In this document: positions 8,976-18,291 of the stretch, piece by piece
Layout: the number at the start of each line of letters is the position of its first letter
Position numbering within the stretch: the first letter of the stretch is position 1
Assembly: GCA_016219225.1 (NCBI GenBank)
Contig: JACRBX010000048.1
Location: 11,952-75,951, forward strand
Reading direction: 5' to 3'
From: Deltaproteobacteria bacterium
Lineage (GTDB): Bacteria > Desulfobacterota > RBG-13-43-22
Length of the DNA: 64,000 nt
Translations under genes and position numbers: made by a program
The notes under the pieces: generated by a model
Seen by the model: the letters and a program-made list of their open reading frames with translations, nothing else
Databases searched by the model: none
What the model was told of the DNA's origin: nothing

Positions 8976-10135
8976 CCAATTTCAAGAAGACTCAAGGTAA
9001 TCGTTTCGTTATGGAAATAATTCGGCCCTCCGGCCGAGATCCGGCAGTATTCACCGTAGGTATAAAATCCGATGATGGGAACCGACAGACCGATTTCAGT
9101 CCGAACTCTTTGGATTTCTTCTTCGGTCCGGCGACCCAGAACGATCTTCCGGGCCATGCAGGAATAGCAGAAGGCTATAGACGGGGAATGGCCGCTCAAG
9201 GCGGATTTGGCCAGACCGGTGGCCTGATCGGCGGCCTCCAGGATGGAGGAGACATCACCACAGGTCAGATGGACCAGGGCCCCTTCGGTGATCTCCCCGG
9301 CAAAAGTAATGGAACGCTCCTCCCGGTTGACGGCCATTGTGGCCCGGATCAGATGGTAGTCCTCCTGGCCATCTTCCCCGCACCGTTCCAGAAGACCGAG
9401 CGGATATTCTACCCCAATGACCGGCAGCTTTTCGGCATGACGCCCCAGAAAGCGTTCGTAGACGTTCAAAGCCGGTTCACCATTCAATTCGTAGAGCACA
9501 TTACCCCGGGAACGGGTAACCCGTTTGGCCAGCCCGATCGGCGACCAGCCGCTGCGTACCCCTGTTCCAAGACGGAAATCCCCATAAAAGGCGATGCCGC
9601 AAAGGGTATCCGTGTAGACCTGATCGCCGGCAAATTGCAGGGTCTTCAGAAATTTGCCGTTGTCCCCGGCGGTTCCTCCGGCGATGGGGATATGCCCGCC
9701 CAGGACAGAGGTGATACCCTTTAAGATGGCGCAGCCGTCTCCGGTCAGTCCGTCTGAAAAAATCTGTATATACCGGGGTGGTTTGGAGAAGGCCCCGGCC
9801 AGCCGCCGGCCAGCCCCTTCGCTGTCCTGACCGAGCCCCTGTACCGTGGCGATTTCAAAATCGATCTGATCGGTGGCGATACCCCCCAGGACGACCGAAT
9901 TGGTGCTCAAGCCGTCTCCCGAGATCTCACCGTCAGTGGTACAACCCACCAGATTCTGACTGCCCAGGCTTTCCCCGATACCCTTAAGCAATTCCGGAAT
10001 CCCTGAAGACGGCGCAGAGAATAACCAACAAGCCTTGGGGGTTTGCCCCAGCTCCCTTTCCAGGGTCTGGCCCAGTCGATGGCCCAGGTGCCGGGAAGGT
10101 GACTCGTTGGATCGGATGGTTGCTGCCTTAAACAT
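8972..10135 (-). CDS. FIST domain sensory protein
   Basis: About 387 aa with an architecture typical of FIST N- and C-domains; its stop overlaps the kinase start (ATGA). Confidence 0.7.
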   Translation of the reverse strand: MFKAATIRSNESPSRHLGHRLGQTLERELGQTPKACWLFSAPSSGIPELLKGIGESLGSQNLVGCTTDGEISGDGLSTNSVVLGGIATDQIDFEIATVQGLGQDSEGAGRRLAGAFSKPPRYIQIFSDGLTGDGCAILKGITSVLGGHIPIAGGTAGDNGKFLKTLQFAGDQVYTDTLCGIAFYGDFRLGTGVRSGWSPIGLAKRVTRSRGNVLYELNGEPALNVYERFLGRHAEKLPVIGVEYPLGLLERCGEDGQEDYHLIRATMAVNREERSITFAGEITEGALVHLTCGDVSSILEAADQATGLAKSALSGHSPSIAFCYSCMARKIVLGRRTEEEIQRVRTEIGLSVPIIGFYTYGEYCRISAGGPNYFHNETITLSLLEIG

Positions 10136-10187
10136 TACGATTCCCCTATTCCATGTTCCCTTTTCCGGTCTATGCCCTGCTCTTGCC

Positions 10188-10796
10188 TTACCCGAACAGG
10201 ACCTGAAGCCGCACCAGTCCCTGACCTTCGGACCAGTCCCGCAAAGATAACTCTGGCGGATCCAAAGGCTGCTGATTCATCTCAGCCCCTGTGCAGCTCT
10301 GCCAGCCCTCCTCCGCCAGCCGATTAAAAAGGTCTTTCATCTGCTGGAGGGAGATCAGTATCCCCCGGTTTAAAAAACAGGGACCCAGGTCTTTGATCAA
10401 CAGGTTGAACAACTTAATGGTCAGAAGGCCCCCCGGATGACTGATCCGGTCCGGGATTTCCTGATAGGTAATGGTGTTACGAAAACAGGCCAGCAGGCCG
10501 CCCGTGCGCATGGTGGCTCCCACCAGCCCCGGCAGGGCCGCGGAAAGGGCCAGGGTATCCCCATTTTTGACTACGGCTGCTCCCATTTCGTCCACCGGCT
10601 TTCCATTTAGAAAAAGGGTCTGGATCTTATTGCCTATCTGCCTGGGGCTGAGCCCGTAAACTTCACAGAGAATATCCCGGATGGTCTGGCTTTGTTCGAT
10701 AAACACACCGAACCCCTGCTGCAAGATAGGAAAGAAAGGGATCATCTGCCCGGTTTTGATAAATAGGCGAATATCGGCCATCTCAGGGGCCTTCAT
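10188..10796 (-). CDS. Hypothetical protein (202 aa) upstream of FIST-HK
   Basis: ORF on the same strand 52 nt upstream of the FIST gene; no clear family. Confidence 0.45.
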   Translation of the reverse strand: MKAPEMADIRLFIKTGQMIPFFPILQQGFGVFIEQSQTIRDILCEVYGLSPRQIGNKIQTLFLNGKPVDEMGAAVVKNGDTLALSAALPGLVGATMRTGGLLACFRNTITYQEIPDRISHPGGLLTIKLFNLLIKDLGPCFLNRGILISLQQMKDLFNRLAEEGWQSCTGAEMNQQPLDPPELSLRDWSEGQGLVRLQVLFG

Positions 10797-10949
10797 GGTT
10801 CATCTCCTTATTCGATATTTTTATTTTTCGCTGGTGTGCCACAGGAGGTATGGATATTTGATAATAATAGGTTAATCCTGGTCGGAAATCAAGAATTTTA
10901 AGGGCCGGTGCCAGGTCTGGCCCCGGCCCTCCGAAACCGGTCGAATCCT

Positions 10950-10995
10950 TCTCCCATTTTATAAAACCGGAGAGCCCCGATCAAAGGGGCTCCCC
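10950..10995 (-). terminator. Putative intrinsic terminator downstream of the aor gene
   Basis: Hairpin ggagagcccc-gatcaaa-ggggctcccc lies 3' of the aor stop and is followed on the minus strand by a T-rich stretch. Confidence 0.35.
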
Positions 10996-11021
10996 GATAA
11001 ACGGACCCGGAGGAAAAAGGT

Positions 11022-12764
11022 CTACCAGTTGAAAACAGTATCCAGATCTTCGTCTTTGACCTGAAAAGTCACATTGTGGGGCGGAAGCATCTCGGTCTTG
11101 AAAAATCGGGGTAGCCGGTCGTGTTCGGAAGTAAACCCGGCCTTCTTGTTGAACTCTCTTTCGCCCTTCAGAATCGACTTGCCCAATTCTCCGACATCAT
11201 TGGCCGTCAGGTTCAACCCATAAAAGGCATTGATCATGTCGATCAGGGCCTGAAAGGTCTCCGGCTGATCCAGGACGGCAAAGGCAATGAAAAGGCACAT
11301 CCCCGTGGCATCGACAGCCGCTGTGGCAATTTGCAGATTCCGGGAAAGTTCGATCTGCCCTTCAGGCTTGAGGGGGTCAACCGTACCCCCCACCCCCAGG
11401 ATATTGGTGGCCACGGCATATCCGGCCGTATGGTCAGCCCCCATGGGACTGGTGGCATAGGTCACCCCGATCCCTTGGACCCCCCGGGGGTCATAGGCCG
11501 GCATTGCCTGACCCTTGACAACCGGCACCCGTTCAACACCGAAGACTTTACCGGTAACGGCCGCGCCGTTGCCCAGGATCCTCCCCAGATGCGTCCCCTG
11601 CCCCACTTCATTGAGCAACTGGATGGCGGCCGCGGCATCCCCAAAGGGTACCAGGCCGGCCTCCATGGCCACTCCGATGGTGGCGCCCATTTCGATGGTG
11701 TCCAGACCGAAATCGTCGTCCATCCGGTCCAACCGGGCGATGACATCGATATCGCTGATCCCGCAGTTGCCCCCGTGGGCCCAGACCGTTTCATACTCGG
11801 GCTGCTTGGTTAAAAAGGCCCCGTCTTTGTCATAGAAGGTGCCGGAGCAGCGGATGATGCAGCCCCGATGGCAGGGGTGGGTGGCGCTTCCCTTGCCCCC
11901 CCGTTGTTCTTCCAGGGCGGCCAGAGTCTCGCCGCTGATCATGGAACAATTATCAAAGCGACCCCACATGAAGTTTTTGGTCGGATAGGCACCGGCTTCA
12001 TTGAGGACGTTGGTCAGCACATTGGTACCATAGGCCGGGAGGCCTTCTCCGGTGACCGGATGCTTCTTCAGACCGGCCACGAAAACCTGGTTGGCTTCTT
12101 TGAATTTTTCGGGATCTTTGGGCGGCCGCATATTCAGGCCGCTGTCATCGAGCACAATGGCCTTGACGCCCTTGGAACCCATGACCGCACCCACGCCGCC
12201 GCGGCCGGCGTGACGGGTAGGTCTCAGTTCCATATCGGTGACCGCCACGGAGGCCGCACTCATTTTCCGCTCACCGGCCGGACCGATGGAGATGACGGTA
12301 ATCTTGTCACCATATTGCCCTTTCATCCGGTCCACCAGGTCATAGTTGCCGAGATAACGCAGCCCGTTGTCCGCATTGACTTGGACACCGTCCTTGTTGA
12401 TATAGATGTGATACAGGGTATCGTCCGCCGGTTTTCCCTCCAACACAATGGCCGCATAGCCCAGCCTGGCCAGTACCTGTGCGCCCTGTCCCCCGGCGTT
12501 GGCTTCTTTGATCCCGCCGGTCAGGGGGCTCTTGCACCCGACGGACAACCGGCCGGACATGGCGGCCGTCGTTCCGCTCAACAGGCCCGGGGCGATGACC
12601 AGCTTGTTTTCCGCGCCCAGAGGATGACAGAGCGGCGGCACCTCCTTGGCTATGACAGCCGATGTCATGGCCCGTCCGCCTGCCCCGGCGTAATCCCCCA
12701 GGGATGAAACAGTCGTTTGGGGTTCACCATCCGGTCCCATAATGATTCTTAAGATTTTGTCCAT
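11022..12764 (-). CDS. aor: Aldehyde:ferredoxin oxidoreductase (tungsten-containing AOR family)
   Basis: 580 aa; N-terminal domain with MGPDGEP...GLLSGT and a C-terminal AOR domain. Confidence 0.8.
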   Translation of the reverse strand: MDKILRIIMGPDGEPQTTVSSLGDYAGAGGRAMTSAVIAKEVPPLCHPLGAENKLVIAPGLLSGTTAAMSGRLSVGCKSPLTGGIKEANAGGQGAQVLARLGYAAIVLEGKPADDTLYHIYINKDGVQVNADNGLRYLGNYDLVDRMKGQYGDKITVISIGPAGERKMSAASVAVTDMELRPTRHAGRGGVGAVMGSKGVKAIVLDDSGLNMRPPKDPEKFKEANQVFVAGLKKHPVTGEGLPAYGTNVLTNVLNEAGAYPTKNFMWGRFDNCSMISGETLAALEEQRGGKGSATHPCHRGCIIRCSGTFYDKDGAFLTKQPEYETVWAHGGNCGISDIDVIARLDRMDDDFGLDTIEMGATIGVAMEAGLVPFGDAAAAIQLLNEVGQGTHLGRILGNGAAVTGKVFGVERVPVVKGQAMPAYDPRGVQGIGVTYATSPMGADHTAGYAVATNILGVGGTVDPLKPEGQIELSRNLQIATAAVDATGMCLFIAFAVLDQPETFQALIDMINAFYGLNLTANDVGELGKSILKGEREFNKKAGFTSEHDRLPRFFKTEMLPPHNVTFQVKDEDLDTVFNW

Positions 12765-12811
12765 ACGTTCTTCTCCTTTCTGAGTAGTTACTGGTTGGGA
12801 CTTCTGTTTTT

Positions 12812-14011
12812 TTAGAGCTCTTCCTGCTGAACCATCTCCGAGGCCTTACATTGCGCCTCTTCCCATACCTTTTTTATTGGCACATGCTGTTCCCGGGCGA
12901 TCCGTTTACAATCCTCATACTCCGGGGCGATGTTGACGGCCCGGTTATCGAACCGGGCCACTTTGCACTGGACCCGCCCGAAGCGGGTGCTGACCTCCTG
13001 GATCTTTCGGTTGAGCCGCAGACGCTGATCCAGACGCCAGCGCAGTCCGATGGTCGTGGTCTCCCGAAAAATAAAATCGGCCAGACCGGGCAGTTGTTCG
13101 AGACGGCAGAGGATGGTCACCAGGACCCCGGTGCGGTTTTTTTTCATCTGCACCGAAGTGAAAAAAATATCCAGGGCGCCCTGTTGTAAAACCCTTTCAA
13201 TCAAAAAATCATAGAACTGCGGGTTCATGTCATCGATGGTCGTTTCAATAACCGCCGTTTGTTCCACTTCGTATTGGGTCAACCCCTGGGCCGTTTGTCC
13301 GATAAAAAGACGCAACAGGTTGGCCAGGGAGCGATCGGCGGTTCCTGCGCCCTGTCCGACCTTTTCCACGGTCATGGCCGGCATGGGCCCGAATTCGGTC
13401 GCCAGGGTGGTCAAAATTGCGGCCCCGGTCGGGGTAAGCAATTCCCCTTGAACCCCGGTAGCATAAACCGGCTTCCCGATGATCAACTCAGCCGTGGCCG
13501 GGGCCGGCACCGGCAGAAGGCCATGAGCGCATTCCACGGTTCCTGTTCCCACATGGAGTGGCGAGCAATGGATCTTCTCGATCCCCAGTCCCCGTATACC
13601 GATAGCCGCACCGACCACATCAATGATGGCGTCCATGGCGCCTACCTCGTGAAAATGGATGGAAGCCACCTCCGTCTGGTGCACTTTGGCCTCGGCCTCG
13701 GCCAGACGGCTAAAGATCTTCAGACTGTCGTCTTTAATAGCCTGATCCAGACGGCTTTCTTCAATGATCGCCCGAATGTCTTCCAGGTGTCGATGATGAT
13801 GATGGTGATGATCCTGGTCGATAGTCACCAGGGCCTGGCTGCCGGACAACCCTTTTTTAACGACCTTCACGACCTTAAGGTCGTAGTGGGACAACGACAG
13901 CTTGGACAGTTCATTTTGTAGATACTCCAGGGGCAATCCCGCATCCAGGAGGGCCCCCAGAATCATATCGCCGCTGGCTCCGGAAAAACAATCAAAATAA
14001 GCGATCTTCAT
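12812..14011 (-). CDS. larC: Nickel-pincer cofactor biosynthesis protein LarC (DUF111 nickel insertase)
   Basis: N-terminus MKIAYFDCFSGASGDM is typical of LarC; a His-rich linker (DHHHHHHRH) is present; 399 aa. Confidence 0.8.
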   Translation of the reverse strand: MKIAYFDCFSGASGDMILGALLDAGLPLEYLQNELSKLSLSHYDLKVVKVVKKGLSGSQALVTIDQDHHHHHHRHLEDIRAIIEESRLDQAIKDDSLKIFSRLAEAEAKVHQTEVASIHFHEVGAMDAIIDVVGAAIGIRGLGIEKIHCSPLHVGTGTVECAHGLLPVPAPATAELIIGKPVYATGVQGELLTPTGAAILTTLATEFGPMPAMTVEKVGQGAGTADRSLANLLRLFIGQTAQGLTQYEVEQTAVIETTIDDMNPQFYDFLIERVLQQGALDIFFTSVQMKKNRTGVLVTILCRLEQLPGLADFIFRETTTIGLRWRLDQRLRLNRKIQEVSTRFGRVQCKVARFDNRAVNIAPEYEDCKRIAREQHVPIKKVWEEAQCKASEMVQQEEL

Positions 14012-14876
14012 TTTCCATTTTCTCCTTTCTGTTCAGGAGGCTTCCATCCGGGTCCAGGGTTGTTAACCGGGAAAGATCGTTATGGCCGACAGGAGGTTCA
14101 AGAGGTTTTTGCTCTTGGCCGGCCGCGAGCTGATTAATGAGGCTGGCTTGATATCCTGCTCCGAAACCGTTGTCGATATTCACCACAGAGACCCCCGAGG
14201 CGCAACTGTTCAGCATGGAAAGCAGGGCGGCCACCCCCCCAAAACTGGCCCCGTAACCCACGCTGGTCGGAACCCCGATCACCGGACAGGAAACCAGCCC
14301 GCCGACAACGCTGGCCAAAGCCCCTTCCATCCCGGCGATGACGATAGCCACCTTGGCCTTGAATAAATCTTCGCAGGAATTCAGAAGGCGGTGCAGGCCG
14401 GCCACCCCCACGTCGTACAGGCGGTCGACCCGGTTGCCGAGGGTTTCGGCCGTAATGGCCGCTTCTTCGGCTACGGGAATATCGGAAGTGCCGGCACAAA
14501 CCACGGCAATCCGGCCGGATTTTATAACCGGCCTGGGCTTGACGACCACAATGCGGCCCATGGGGTGAAATTGACAGTCGGTGGTGATTTCCAAGATAGC
14601 CTCATGGACCAGGCGGTCGGCGCGGGTGGCCAGGATGTTGCCGTGGTGTTTGGCCATCCTCTCCACTATTCCCTGAATCTGCTCCAGGGTTTTACCTTGA
14701 CAATAGATGACTTCCGGGACACCATTGCGCAGACAGCGATGGTGATCCACCTTGGCATAACCCAGATCTTCGAAAGGCAATTTTTTTAAACGCTCCAGAC
14801 CGGTATCGACACTTACCCGCCCCCCCTGGATATTTTCCAATAGATCTTTCAGTTGCTGTCTGTTCATCTTTTCCAA
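13992..14876 (-). CDS. larB: Nickel-pincer cofactor biosynthesis protein LarB (PurE-like carboxylase/hydrolase)
   Basis: Motifs VVCAGTSDIPVAEEA, DVGVAGLHRLL, IAGMEGALASVVGGLV, IGVPTSVGYGA and LNSCASGVSVVNIDNGFGAG match LarB. Confidence 0.8.
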   Translation of the reverse strand: MEKMNRQQLKDLLENIQGGRVSVDTGLERLKKLPFEDLGYAKVDHHRCLRNGVPEVIYCQGKTLEQIQGIVERMAKHHGNILATRADRLVHEAILEITTDCQFHPMGRIVVVKPRPVIKSGRIAVVCAGTSDIPVAEEAAITAETLGNRVDRLYDVGVAGLHRLLNSCEDLFKAKVAIVIAGMEGALASVVGGLVSCPVIGVPTSVGYGASFGGVAALLSMLNSCASGVSVVNIDNGFGAGYQASLINQLAAGQEQKPLEPPVGHNDLSRLTTLDPDGSLLNRKEKMENEDRLF

Positions 14877-16411
14877 TTCCTGTTTCCGTTTTTCGAAAAA
14901 CGGGCTTTAGCGGTAAAAGGGTTCTGCCAGGGATCCGGCGGTTCAAGGCGAAAGAGGATTACCCGGCCAAAAACGATCCGGTAGAGCCGAAAACTTTTCT
15001 GTTTGATACATCCCCAAAAAACGCCGCTCTGGTAAAAAGCCTGCTCGGATAAAAAGAAGAAAGCAAAAAACGGAAACCCGAGCCTCGGTTTCTTGCGCAG
15101 GTATTCTACCAGGGTCGGGAAGACTATCAAGGCCGTCCCAATCAGCGCCCAATCGCTGAAGGCCCATAATAAAACAAGGATAAGCAGCAGGTAATAGCGG
15201 ATCAGATGATAAGTCAGAAAAAAAATCAAGTGGAAATGGCCTCTGACTACGGCCTCAAAAACCAGACCCCAGCCCGGAATTTGATCCATTTTCCCGCCTA
15301 AACGAATCCGTCGGTAAATAGTCTCGGCTGCCAGGATTCCGATGGCTGGGACCAGCCAGTAAACCGAGCGCGTCCAAAGGGCCGTCAGAACCGCCAGAAA
15401 GAGGCCCAGTCCGCCGGCCTGCCAGGGAAATCGCTTGGAAATCTTGGGGTACCGTTCATACAAGAGGGCCTCGGAGGTACCATAATCGAACCGGCGCCGG
15501 TACCCGGCCATAAAACGGTTGCGGTGTTTATGCCGGACAACGCCTTTGGGAACATAGGTCAGATGATGTCCTGCAGCCATCAGTTTCCAGCATAAATCCA
15601 CGTCCTCGCCCACTCTCAGATCTGCATCCAGCCCGCCGTGCCGATTAAGGGCCTCTTTGCGGACGAGCAAGTTACAGGTGGGGACATAAAAAGGGGAGTG
15701 CTCCCCTTGACCCATGATCGGACGGGGTCCCATATCCAGAGCCGAGCAGACTGCTTCATAACGGTCCATCCGGCTTTCCCGAAAAAAGCCCTCCACCCGC
15801 CCGCCCACCAGGACCAGCCGAGGGTCTTGAAAATAGGGGACCAGATCCTCCAACCACCCCGGATCGGCCAGACAATCGCTATCGATAAAGGCGATGATTT
15901 CTCCCCGGGCCGCGGCCGTGCCGGCATTGCGGGCCGCTGCCGGCCCTTGATTACGGGAAAGGGTAATCAACTGGACCCCGAAGCCTTTAACCACCGCCGC
16001 GCTATCATCCTTTGAAGCGTCATCCACCACGATGATTTCCAGTTTGGACCGGGGATAGCGGAGGGCGGACAACGATTCGAGGCAGGCCGCGATCTCGGCC
16101 GCCCGGTTATAGACCGGAATGATGATAGTGACGAAGGGATAAAAAGGTGCTGGAGAGGGGGCCCATTCCAGAAGGCCGGCCTGATGGAGCCTATCCAGAA
16201 AAGCCCTTTCGGCCGGCCGATTAACGAGGTCTTGATTCTGATCCTGCAAGATACCCTGCTCCAATTTCTTTAGCATCTCAAAGGCCGGGCCATTGACTTT
16301 GATGAGCCTCAACGGATTTTCCTGAATAACCATTCCCCCTTCGGCCGCCGGTTGGAGTCGCACCCCGGACTTCAGGGAATAAGTGCCTTGAAAAGCTGAG
16401 CCGCTCATCAT
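14864..16411 (-). CDS. mftF: Mycofactocin-system-type family 2 glycosyltransferase (MftF-like) with a C-terminal membrane region
   Basis: GT2 core IIIPVYNRAAEI...VVDDASKDDS...IDSDC...GGRV. The start ATG at 16411 overlaps the mftC TGA (ATGATGA), and the gene's 3' end overlaps the larB start by 13 nt. Confidence 0.7.
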   Translation of the reverse strand: MMSGSAFQGTYSLKSGVRLQPAAEGGMVIQENPLRLIKVNGPAFEMLKKLEQGILQDQNQDLVNRPAERAFLDRLHQAGLLEWAPSPAPFYPFVTIIIPVYNRAAEIAACLESLSALRYPRSKLEIIVVDDASKDDSAAVVKGFGVQLITLSRNQGPAAARNAGTAAARGEIIAFIDSDCLADPGWLEDLVPYFQDPRLVLVGGRVEGFFRESRMDRYEAVCSALDMGPRPIMGQGEHSPFYVPTCNLLVRKEALNRHGGLDADLRVGEDVDLCWKLMAAGHHLTYVPKGVVRHKHRNRFMAGYRRRFDYGTSEALLYERYPKISKRFPWQAGGLGLFLAVLTALWTRSVYWLVPAIGILAAETIYRRIRLGGKMDQIPGWGLVFEAVVRGHFHLIFFLTYHLIRYYLLLILVLLWAFSDWALIGTALIVFPTLVEYLRKKPRLGFPFFAFFFLSEQAFYQSGVFWGCIKQKSFRLYRIVFGRVILFRLEPPDPWQNPFTAKARFSKNGNRNWKR

Positions 16412-17439
16412 CCTGTCCCGGCCATCAGAGGTTTGATCTGGACACAGTTCACCAGACATCCGGGGTCCGGCAATCCCAGCCTTCTTTGGGTGTGGTAGGC
16501 AATGGCCGGACAGCCTCCGTGGCACAGGTCGAAGCGGTAACAGCTTTCACAGGATTGTATTTCCAGTCCACGAAAAGACTGAAACACGGCAGAGGTCTCC
16601 CAAATGAAACCGAAGTCTTCCTCCGGCAGCCTTCCGGCCAGAAACTCCAGCTCCTGTAAAAAGGCACAGGGGTAAACCTGGCCCTCGGGAGACAGACAAC
16701 AGGTGAGCTTGCCGGCCCCGCACATGTTTAATCCTAAAGAGCGCCGTTCTTCAGAGGTGACCGAAAAAAAGGAATCTCCGGTGGAAACAGCCAGGTGACG
16801 GCCCAGCCAAAGAGAGAAATCGGCCATTTGCTCAGGGGTGACATTCAGCCCGGACCAGAACCGTTTTCCTCGGCCGGAAGGTCTGAACCGCGAGACCCGC
16901 AGCTTAGCCCCGTAAGCGGCTGCCAGGCCGACCAGCTTGTCTAATTCCGGAAAACTGTATCGGGTCAGGACCGTGTTGATGCTGACCTCGATGTCTCGTC
17001 GGCGTAAACAGTCCAGGGCCTTGAGCACCCGCTGGAAACTCCCCGGACCCCGAACAGCATCATTGGAAGAGGCCGTGGCCCCATCCAGACTGACCTGGAT
17101 ATAGACCAGCCGATGATCCAATCTCCGGGCCGTCTCTTCGTCGATCAAGGTGCCGTTGGTACTGATGCAGGTGACTATCCCTTTTTGATGGGCATAATCC
17201 ATTAAGTCCAAAAAATCCGGGCGCAGGAATGGTTCCCCGCCCCCGATATTCACTTGAAAAACCTTGAGTCCGGCCAACTGATCGATGATTCCGAACCCCT
17301 GGTCCGTGGAAAGCTCGCCCGGTTGTTTTTGCCCGGAATCGGAAAGACAGTGCAGACAACTCAAATTACAGGCATAAGTCACCTCCCAGGTGACGTTTAC
17401 CGGGGCCGAAAGGCCCATCTCAACAAACCGATTCCCCAT
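16408..17439 (-). CDS. mftC: Mycofactocin maturase radical SAM/SPASM enzyme MftC
   Basis: CNLSCLHC cluster motif; FQVNIGGGEPFLRPDF, VQVSLDGATASSNDAVRGPGSF, LRVSRFRPSGRG, GLNMCGAG and C-terminal SPASM cysteines align closely with MftC. Confidence 0.9.
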   Translation of the reverse strand: MGNRFVEMGLSAPVNVTWEVTYACNLSCLHCLSDSGQKQPGELSTDQGFGIIDQLAGLKVFQVNIGGGEPFLRPDFLDLMDYAHQKGIVTCISTNGTLIDEETARRLDHRLVYIQVSLDGATASSNDAVRGPGSFQRVLKALDCLRRRDIEVSINTVLTRYSFPELDKLVGLAAAYGAKLRVSRFRPSGRGKRFWSGLNVTPEQMADFSLWLGRHLAVSTGDSFFSVTSEERRSLGLNMCGAGKLTCCLSPEGQVYPCAFLQELEFLAGRLPEEDFGFIWETSAVFQSFRGLEIQSCESCYRFDLCHGGCPAIAYHTQRRLGLPDPGCLVNCVQIKPLMAGTG

Positions 17440-17701
17440 GAATGAGACCTTTTTCTTCCAGAAGTTGTATCAGTTGCCTTAGCTGCCGGTCGATCCATTC
17501 CCGGGGCCGGGTGCTTCCGGCCTGCAGCGCTTCCGCCCAGTCATTGATCCGCGTTCTCCCCTCAAAAAGACCTTCGTCGAGAAACTCTCCGCTGGCCAGA
17601 AAATAAAGCCGGGGCCCCCGGTAGTTATAAAAAAGAAGGCCGAATTTTTCCCGGCGCACCTGAACCCCGACCTCTAAATGATAAATCCGATTGGATTCCA
17701 T
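17420..17701 (-). CDS. mftB: Mycofactocin chaperone MftB (PqqD-family RRE protein)
   Basis: 93 aa; the motif EKFGLLFYNYRGPRLYFLAS matches the MftB FGALxYHxxxRRLxFL signature. Confidence 0.8.
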   Translation of the reverse strand: MESNRIYHLEVGVQVRREKFGLLFYNYRGPRLYFLASGEFLDEGLFEGRTRINDWAEALQAGSTRPREWIDRQLRQLIQLLEEKGLIHGESVC

Positions 17702-17715
17702 ATTAAATCCTCAAA

Positions 17716-17746
17716 GCCCCAGGGGGCACCACGAAACATGAAAAAG
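17716..17746. repeat. Intergenic repeat module copy (GGCACCACGAAACATGAAAAA) between mftA and mftB, with 8-mer tandem tail to 17940
   Basis: agccccagggggcaccacgaaacatgaaaaagg, followed by gattcaagg and ggaatcct arrays. Confidence 0.7.
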
Positions 17747-17942
17747 GATTCAAGGGGTCCAGGGGCCAAGGATTCAAGTGAAAGGCGTGGAATTTAAAAC
17801 CCTGCGATTCCCCGGAGGGGAACCTTTTCTATAGCTCGACGAATCGGCTCCCAAAAGGGGGCCTCTTCGGAAGCTCGGCAGAGCCGAGCGGGTCGAGCGG
17901 CTGAACCCTCGAATCCTGGAATCCTGGAACCCTATTTTCGAA

Positions 17943-18077
17943 CTAATATATCCCGCAAATGCCGTCTACGGCCAGTTCTTCAAGAACAAAATCCTCGAGG
18001 ATCTTCGGCTGTTCCTGAATCTGCTCATCGGCCCTGATTTCTATGGTTTTGTTTTCCATTTCCAGTACTGAGATCAT
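17943..18077 (-). CDS. mftA: Mycofactocin precursor peptide MftA (44 aa, ends VDGICGIY)
   Basis: C-terminus EELAVDGICGIY versus canonical IDGMCGVY. Start chosen at MISV... because GGAGAAATACC precedes that ATG; the longer tracked ORF is treated as an upstream extension. Confidence 0.75.
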   Translation of the reverse strand: MISVLEMENKTIEIRADEQIQEQPKILEDFVLEELAVDGICGIY

Positions 18078-18110
18078 GGTATTTCTCCTTTGCTGTTTTC
18101 GTATTAAACC

Positions 18111-18155
18111 GCCATGCCCCGCCTTTTGGGGCATGGCACCACGAAGCATGAAAAT
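18111..18155. repeat. Intergenic repeat module copy (hairpin gccatgcccc..ggggcatggc + ACCACGAAGCATGAAAAT) with a partial second copy and GAACTCC 7-mer array to 18285
   Basis: Direct reading; located between the SDR gene and mftA. Confidence 0.7.
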
Positions 18156-18291
18156 AGGCTCCTTGGAAGACGGATGCTATTTTCGAACTAAACCGTCATG
18201 CCCCTGGACGCCAAGAAGCATAAAAAAATTTTCTCCGAACTCCGAACTCTAAACTCCTAACTCCGAACGACGAACACCGAACGGCATTTTC

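Noticed and set aside
10188-10796. 202-aa protein as a MoaD/ThiS-like ubiquitin-fold partner for the Pup-like system
   Set aside because: It has no C-terminal Gly-Gly and is on the opposite strand in a different operon. The similarity was only a vague impression.
17943-18149. Full 68-aa tracked ORF as the mftA product
   Set aside because: The N-terminal 24 residues lack an RBS and extend into the intergenic repeat. The internal Met is preceded by GGAGAAATACC and gives a typical 44-aa precursor.
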